Source: the human T2T-CHM13v2.0 reference genome, Homo sapiens. From it: a DNA stretch of 64,000 nt. The number at the start of each line of letters is the position of its first letter. Within the stretch, counting starts at the first letter, position 1. The position numbers and the translations under genes were made by a program. The notes under the pieces are model-generated. The model saw only the letters and a list, made by a program, of their open reading frames with translations. It was not told the DNA's origin and made no database searches. Below, in pieces: positions 57,245 through 64,000 of this stretch. The stretch lies in the NCBI RefSeq assembly GCF_009914755.1, contig NC_060944.1; one strand, 5' to 3'.

Positions 57245-57664
57245 TCAGCTGGGCATTGAAGGAACACGCAGGCTTCATCAAGGACAGCGGCAGAGGCCAC
57301 TGTGACATACCCAAGATGTGACACCTGACCCACTTTCCTGGCATTACAGAAGCCATCCCAAGTCCAGGTCACCTGATGGCCAAGGTCTATAAAATAGGAC
57401 CACCTAAAAGAAATGCACCTCCATACACTGCCCACCTTAGCATTACTTCTAGAACCGAGAGACAGTGTGACATGGGCCTAAAACATGTGAACTGCTGTAC
57501 GTGCCAAAGTGAAGTTAACTCAGTGCAACGTGAAGAGGCTATTCCATAAACCTCTAGTTCTGAGAAAGAGTCACACCGTGACATAGGCTAGAAGGAACGC
57601 AGGGTTCATCTTTTACTCCTGGCCAAGGCTATCTGGGTGGGAAGCAGGCAGGGAGGGGTCTCAC

Positions 57665-57743
57665 CAGCCTGGAATTCCTCCTGGTGTCTTTGTGGCGTCC
57701 AGACAGGTGGTCCAGCTCAGCCTGCTGCACACACAGATACTCC
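57665..57743 (-). CDS. RIPOR3: RIPOR3 exon
   Basis: (K)EYLCVQQAELDHLSGRHKDTRRNSRL; 79 nt. Confidence 0.96.
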
Positions 57744-57999
57744 CTGCAAGGAAAGCAAGGAAGAGTTTCAAATGGAAGAGGAAGAAGAAAGGGAAAGGAA
57801 GTAGGCCAAATGGACAATGTCCCCACGTGGAGAGCAGACACGGGGCTCAGCGGGGCTCAGAGGCAGGTAGGAAGCCAGGCTCCCTCACACTGGGGGCTGT
57901 GTGCCCAGCACCACACAAAATTGGTTACAGGGAAGTTCCTAGTTAATTCCCCCACCAGGCCCACAAGTAGCTTCTACTGTTATTATATGCATTTTCTTT

Positions 58000-58306
58000 C
58001 TTTCTTTACTTATTTATTGTTTGAGACAAGGTCCCCCCTCTCTCGCCCAGGCTGGAGTGCAGTGGTGTGATCACAGCTCACTGCAACCTCTACTTCCTGG
58101 GTTCAAATGATTCTTATATCTCAGCCTCTTGAGCAGCTGGGACTACAGGTGTGTGCCACCACACCTGGCTGATTTTTATATTTTTAGTAGAGATGGGGTT
58201 TCACTATGTTGGCCAGGCTGGTCTCGAACTCCTTGACCTCAGGTGATCTGTCTGCCTTGGCCTCCGAAAGTGCTGGGATTACAGGGGTGAGCTACCGCAT
58301 CCAACC
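58000..58306 (-). mobile_element. Alu
   Basis: Reverse Alu; tatatgcatttt on both flanks. Confidence 0.92.
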
Positions 58307-58523
58307 TAGTATATGCATTTTAAAGATAGACAAACCAACCCTTGAAAGCAGCAAGTACCCCAGCCCCGGTCACACTGCAGAGAAGAGGCTGAACCCACGT
58401 CTGAAACCACACAGTGGCCTTCTGAGCCCAAAATCTTCATCCCCATGTTATACCCCCTCCCAAGCTGGGGCCCAGCTCATGGGGAGGTCATCATGGCACA
58501 CCTCCCTCAAGGTCAAGGGTCTA

Positions 58524-58890
<367 letters not shown>

Positions 58891-59263
58891 TCACTCACAC
58901 TCTCTGGGCTCTACTGACACCACCTCAAATGTGGAAAAGATAGCTTCTGCCAGACTGCTACTCACTGAGGTATTGAGCTCTCTGGGAAGAAGGGGCTGCC
59001 TTGGCCCCAGACAAGTCTCAAACATGTGGTCCTTAAAGGACACAGAATCTGTCCTTCAGAAACATGCTCTATCGTCCATGCACATCCCAGCTCCCACTCT
59101 GCACAATCCCAGCTTGCTGCAGCCTCCACCTCTACAGGATTTTGCCATATTCCCATGCTGGTCTTGAACTCCTAGGCTCAAGGAATCTGCCTGCCTCGGC
59201 CCCCCAAAGTGCTGGGATTACAGGGTAGCCACCGCTGTGCCCAGCCAAGGATGTCTATTTTGA

Positions 59264-59580
<317 letters not shown>

Positions 59581-59647
59581 TGGTTTCAACTTTTACTTGA
59601 CTCTGGTTCCTCTTTGGGGTGCCCCATCTATAAATAAGAGATGTAGG

Positions 59648-59954
59648 GGCTGGGCGTGGTGGCTTATGCCTGTAATCCCAGCACTTTGGGAAGCCAAAGC
59701 AGGTGGATCACAAGGTCAGGAGTTCAAGACCATCCTGACCAATATGGTGAAACCACGTTCTATTAAAAATACAAAAACAAATTAGCCGGGCGTGGTGGCA
59801 GATGCCTGTAGTCCCAGCTCCTCAGAAGTCTGAGGCAGGAGAATAGCTTGAACCCAGGAGGCAGAGGTTGCGGTGAGCTGAGTGAGATCACACCACCACA
59901 CTCCAGCCTGGGTGACAGAGTGAGACTCCGTCTCAAAAAAAAAAAAAAAAAAAA
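59648..59954 (+). mobile_element. AluS
   Basis: Alu dimer with A-tail. Confidence 0.93.
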
Positions 59955-60059
59955 GGCGTAAGTAGGAGAGAATTTAGGGTCTAAGTACCACTATATCTGG
60001 GGAAAATCACTCCAGAAACCACTCTTTGGCCCACAGGGCCCCCTGTCATCTGGTCCCCA

Positions 60060-60445
60060 TTGCCCCATAACCTCATCCTCTTTCCTTTGGCTCTAGCCAC
60101 GCTGGCCTCCTTGCTGCGCCCCAGGGCCTTTGTGTATGTGGCTACCCTGGCCTGGAATGTTCTTTTCCCCTTCAGGAGTGTGCTCCAATGTCACCTTCTT
60201 AGCAAGGCCTTCCTTCCAACTGCCCAACTTAAAATGAACCCTCCCTGCCTCTGCCTGCTTACCCTGGCCTGTTTTCCTCTGTGGCCCTTACTACCATCTG
60301 ATATTCTCTGTACTTTTCTTTTCTGTATTGTGTATTGTCTGTCTCTCCCCCACTAGGAGTCAGCTCCACAGGAGGTAGGGATTTTGTGTGTTTAGTTTAC
60401 TTCTGTCCCCTGGCCTGGCACTCTGTAAGCCCAATAAATATTTGT
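60060..60445 (+). mobile_element. L2 3' end remnant
   Basis: ctggcctccttgct...cagggcctttg...gcctggaatgttctt...cctggcac...caataaatatttgt. Confidence 0.7.
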
Positions 60446-60446
60446 G

Positions 60447-61186
<740 letters not shown>

Positions 61187-61637
61187 TCACTCAAACACCC
61201 ACCGCCCTGACCTCTTGCGTGTGTGGGCTCACAGTGCAGGCTCCTACTGTGGGGCCTTTGCCCACACTGTTGCCTGTCTGCCGAGGCCCTCGACGCACTG
61301 TCTCTCTGTTACCTTTCTTCATTGCACTCAGCACAGGTGGAAGTTCTATGATTGATTGCATTGCTTCTTGATTGATTGCATTGAATCTGCCCCTCTGCAG
61401 TGCGTGCTCCACAAGATCAGAGTCCTCCTGCCTTAGTCACTGCCAGGTTTCCAGTGCCCAAGGACCGGGCTGAGCACGCGGCTGCACCCTGACATACTTG
61501 CTTACTAAACGAATGACCAGGAACTTAACCTGTCACCTCTTGTAGACAAGACCCATCCACGCTTCCCCAGGAAGAGACAGAGAGGAGGCGAGATAGAGGA
61601 ATGCACTTCTTAAAGGCAGCACACAGCCCAGCCTTAC

Positions 61638-61784
61638 TTGAGGCCTCTTTTCAATGCTTCGAAGATCTTCTTCACCTGCTGGGGCTTCGGGTCTGCACAG
61701 ACCGACCCCTTCCGCAGCGTGCCGTACATCTTGGAGGATTTTGCAGGCATTCGCGATCTCACGGAGTTCCTGTTGATGGACTTT
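61638..61784 (-). CDS. RIPOR3: RIPOR3 exon, most 5' exon in the window
   Basis: ctcacag|[51 protein letters not shown]|gtaag; 147 nt. Confidence 0.96.
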
Positions 61785-61996
61785 CTGTGAGAAGGGTTGG
61801 AGGGCAAGAGAAGTCAGAGAAGGGCCCTGACAAAGCCCTCCCCAGGGGCAGGCACTTTGGAAATAGTGACCAGAGCCACAGGGAGTCAGGAGACCCGGCT
61901 CAGTCCCACCCCCATCACCACCAAGCAGTGTGGTTTCCAGAAAGTTATGGAGCCTCTCTGGGTCTCTGCTTTCTCATCTGTAAAATTAGGATCCTG

Positions 61997-62310
61997 GGCC
62001 AGGTGCGGTGGCTCACACTTGTAATCCCAGCACTTCGGGAAGCTGAGGTGGGTGGATCACCTGAGATCAGGGGTTCAAGACCAGTCTGGCCAACATGGCG
62101 AAACCCTGTCTCTACTAAAAGTACAAAAATTAGCCGGATGTGGTGGTACGTGCCTGTAATCCCACTTACTCCGGAGGCTGAGGCACAAGAATCGCTTGAA
62201 CCCGGGAGGTGGAGGTTTCAGTGAGCCGAGATTGCATCACTGCACTCCAACCTGGGTGACAGAGTGAGACTCAGTCTTAAAAATAAATAAATAAATAAAT
62301 AAATAAAAAT
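61997..62310 (+). mobile_element. AluS inserted in a MIR
   Basis: Alu dimer, (taaa)n tail, diverged TSD aaaattaggatcctg / aaaataaggagccta. Confidence 0.94.
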
Positions 62311-62350
62311 AAGGAGCCTAGATTTGAGGATTAAAAGAAGAGTAATAAAG

Positions 62351-62760
62351 CTTTTCCACCATGGCTGCCACTGGAGAGCAGCAGCCATGGCTCTGCGCTA
62401 CCCTATGGCCATGGGCCTCAACAAGGGCCACAAGGTGACCAAGAACGTGAGCAAGCCCAGGCACAGCCGCTGCAGTGGGTGTCTGACCAAATACACTGAG
62501 TTTGTGCGGTACATGATCCGGGAGGTGTGTGGCTTTGCCCTGTACAAGCAGCATGCTATGGAGTTACTGAAGGTCTCCAAGGACAAACAGGCCCTCAAGT
62601 TCATCAAGGAAAGGGTGGGGACACACATCCACGCCAAGAGGAAGCAGGAGGAGCCGAGCCAATGTCCTGGCCGCCATGAGGAAAGCCACTGCCAGGAAAG
62701 ACTGAGCCCCCTCCCCTGCCCTCTCCCGGAAATATAGAACAGCTTGACAAAAAAAAAAAA
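62351..62760 (+). pseudogene. RPL36P: Processed pseudogene of ribosomal protein L36
   Basis: Intronless [28 protein letters not shown] from ATG 62387; +1 frameshift near 62660; AATAAA decayed to AATATA; poly-A tail; 17-bp TSD aaaagaa(g/c)agtaataaa. Confidence 0.97.
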
Positions 62761-63089
62761 GAACAGTAATAAAAATCTGGTATCAGAAATGAACTTACAG
62801 GAAGAAATACAGTCAAGTAGCCCAAATGCCAATGCTCTCTGATCAGCATGCTCTGCCTGTGCAGGCAATGCCGTGTGGGAGGCCAAGTCATAGTCCTGTG
62901 CTTTACCCTTGGGGCAGCATCTGTTGGCTTTACCTGCCCAGCATCCATCCCCTCCCTCTAGTAGTAGCACCTCAATTTTCCTCTGGGGCACCTCCCCAGC
63001 TCTGCTTTTTATACTTGTGGTTTGGGGGAAAGGTAGCCTGACTAATCAACATGCACACACACATTTGCACATGCACACATGCACACGGG

Positions 63090-63470
63090 ATTGTTTGGCA
63101 AATCCACATTCCAGGCCTGCGTTAGTTAACATATTCTGCTCCCCTGGGCCAAGAAGTATGGGGATCAAGCCTGGCCAGTAGCCAGCCAGGAGTTCAGAAT
63201 TCACAGAAGGGAGAAGTGTTTTTTCCCCTGGCATTGCTAACCTGGGGAACATATACCTGGGACTTCCAGCCTCCTCCTTTTGCCACCATGTAGGGAAACT
63301 GGGGCCAACACAGAGAGGAACAAACAGAGTCAGACCAAATCTCCATGACAGTGAGTTCCTGGATCTAGCTATGTCTAAAGCTGAACCTGCCCGTGGACTT
63401 TGCAGTTACATGAGCCAACTGGCTCTCTTTTTTAGCTTAAGCCAGCTGGAGTTGGGAGTGTGGACTGGAT
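63090..63470 (+). mobile_element. MLT1-family MaLR LTR remnant
   Basis: cctggatctagctatgtctaaagctgaacc...ggactttgcagttacatgagccaa...gcttaagccagctggagttgg. Confidence 0.65.
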
Positions 63471-63810
63471 GATCCTAAAAACTGCCTTTCAGTGGTGATG
63501 GCTGGGTCCCTCAACCTTTAGAGATGTAGCAGCATCTCAAGACTGATTATAGGAGTACGAGGCCAGGGCACCCTCATCACAGCACAGAGCTGGTTTCCCT
63601 GGCATCTAAGCCTCTTCTCAGGATCCCATAACTTATCCATGAGGCTGGCTGATGCAGCCTTTGCTCACCAACAGATGTGTTGAATTCTGCTCTTAGCCCT
63701 CTAAAGCCATCAGCCAGGCGCCCTGGCACCAGGTATCACTTAATGACAACATTCTCACAAAAGAGACATGGTGGAAATGACTCTTAGATCTAACTTTGGC
63801 ATCAGTTCTC

Positions 63811-64000
<190 letters not shown>

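Noticed and set aside
62324-62991. 137-aa RPL36-like ORF and a 197-aa antisense ORF as functional genes
   Set aside because: Frameshift, loss of many Arg residues, decayed poly(A) signal and TSDs indicate a processed pseudogene; the antisense ORF is its shadow

Overview
Primate (human-like) genomic DNA with two convergent spliced genes. On the + strand are PTPN1 (PTP1B) exons 2-10 and its 3'UTR; exon 1 lies upstream of the window. The nine exons I traced have GT-AG boundaries and total 1245 coding nt including the stop. On the - strand are the last 20 coding exons of RIPOR3 (FAM65C); its 5' end lies beyond 64000. These exons total 2731 nt, phases match throughout, and the protein ends EITIF*. 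Also present: MIR645 between the two 3' ends (MER1 junction), a MER53-derived MIR1302 hairpin, a full-length RPL36 processed pseudogene, about 36 Alus, LTRs, old DNA transposons, L1/L2 remnants and two minisatellites. I found no CRISPR array, prokaryotic-type system or new protein-coding gene; most ORF-track entries are Alu, repeat or antisense artefacts. The best unexplained signals are (1) a candidate second splice route inside PTPN1 intron 9, (2) a 23-25 bp pre-miRNA-shaped hairpin at 54083-54142 that I could not assign, (3) two apparent locally templated insertions nested inside transposons, and (4) a minisatellite carrying 14 copies of a motif that is both an E-box and a 5' splice-site consensus. 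Gene, miRNA and repeat family names come from my recall of known sequences, not from a database search.
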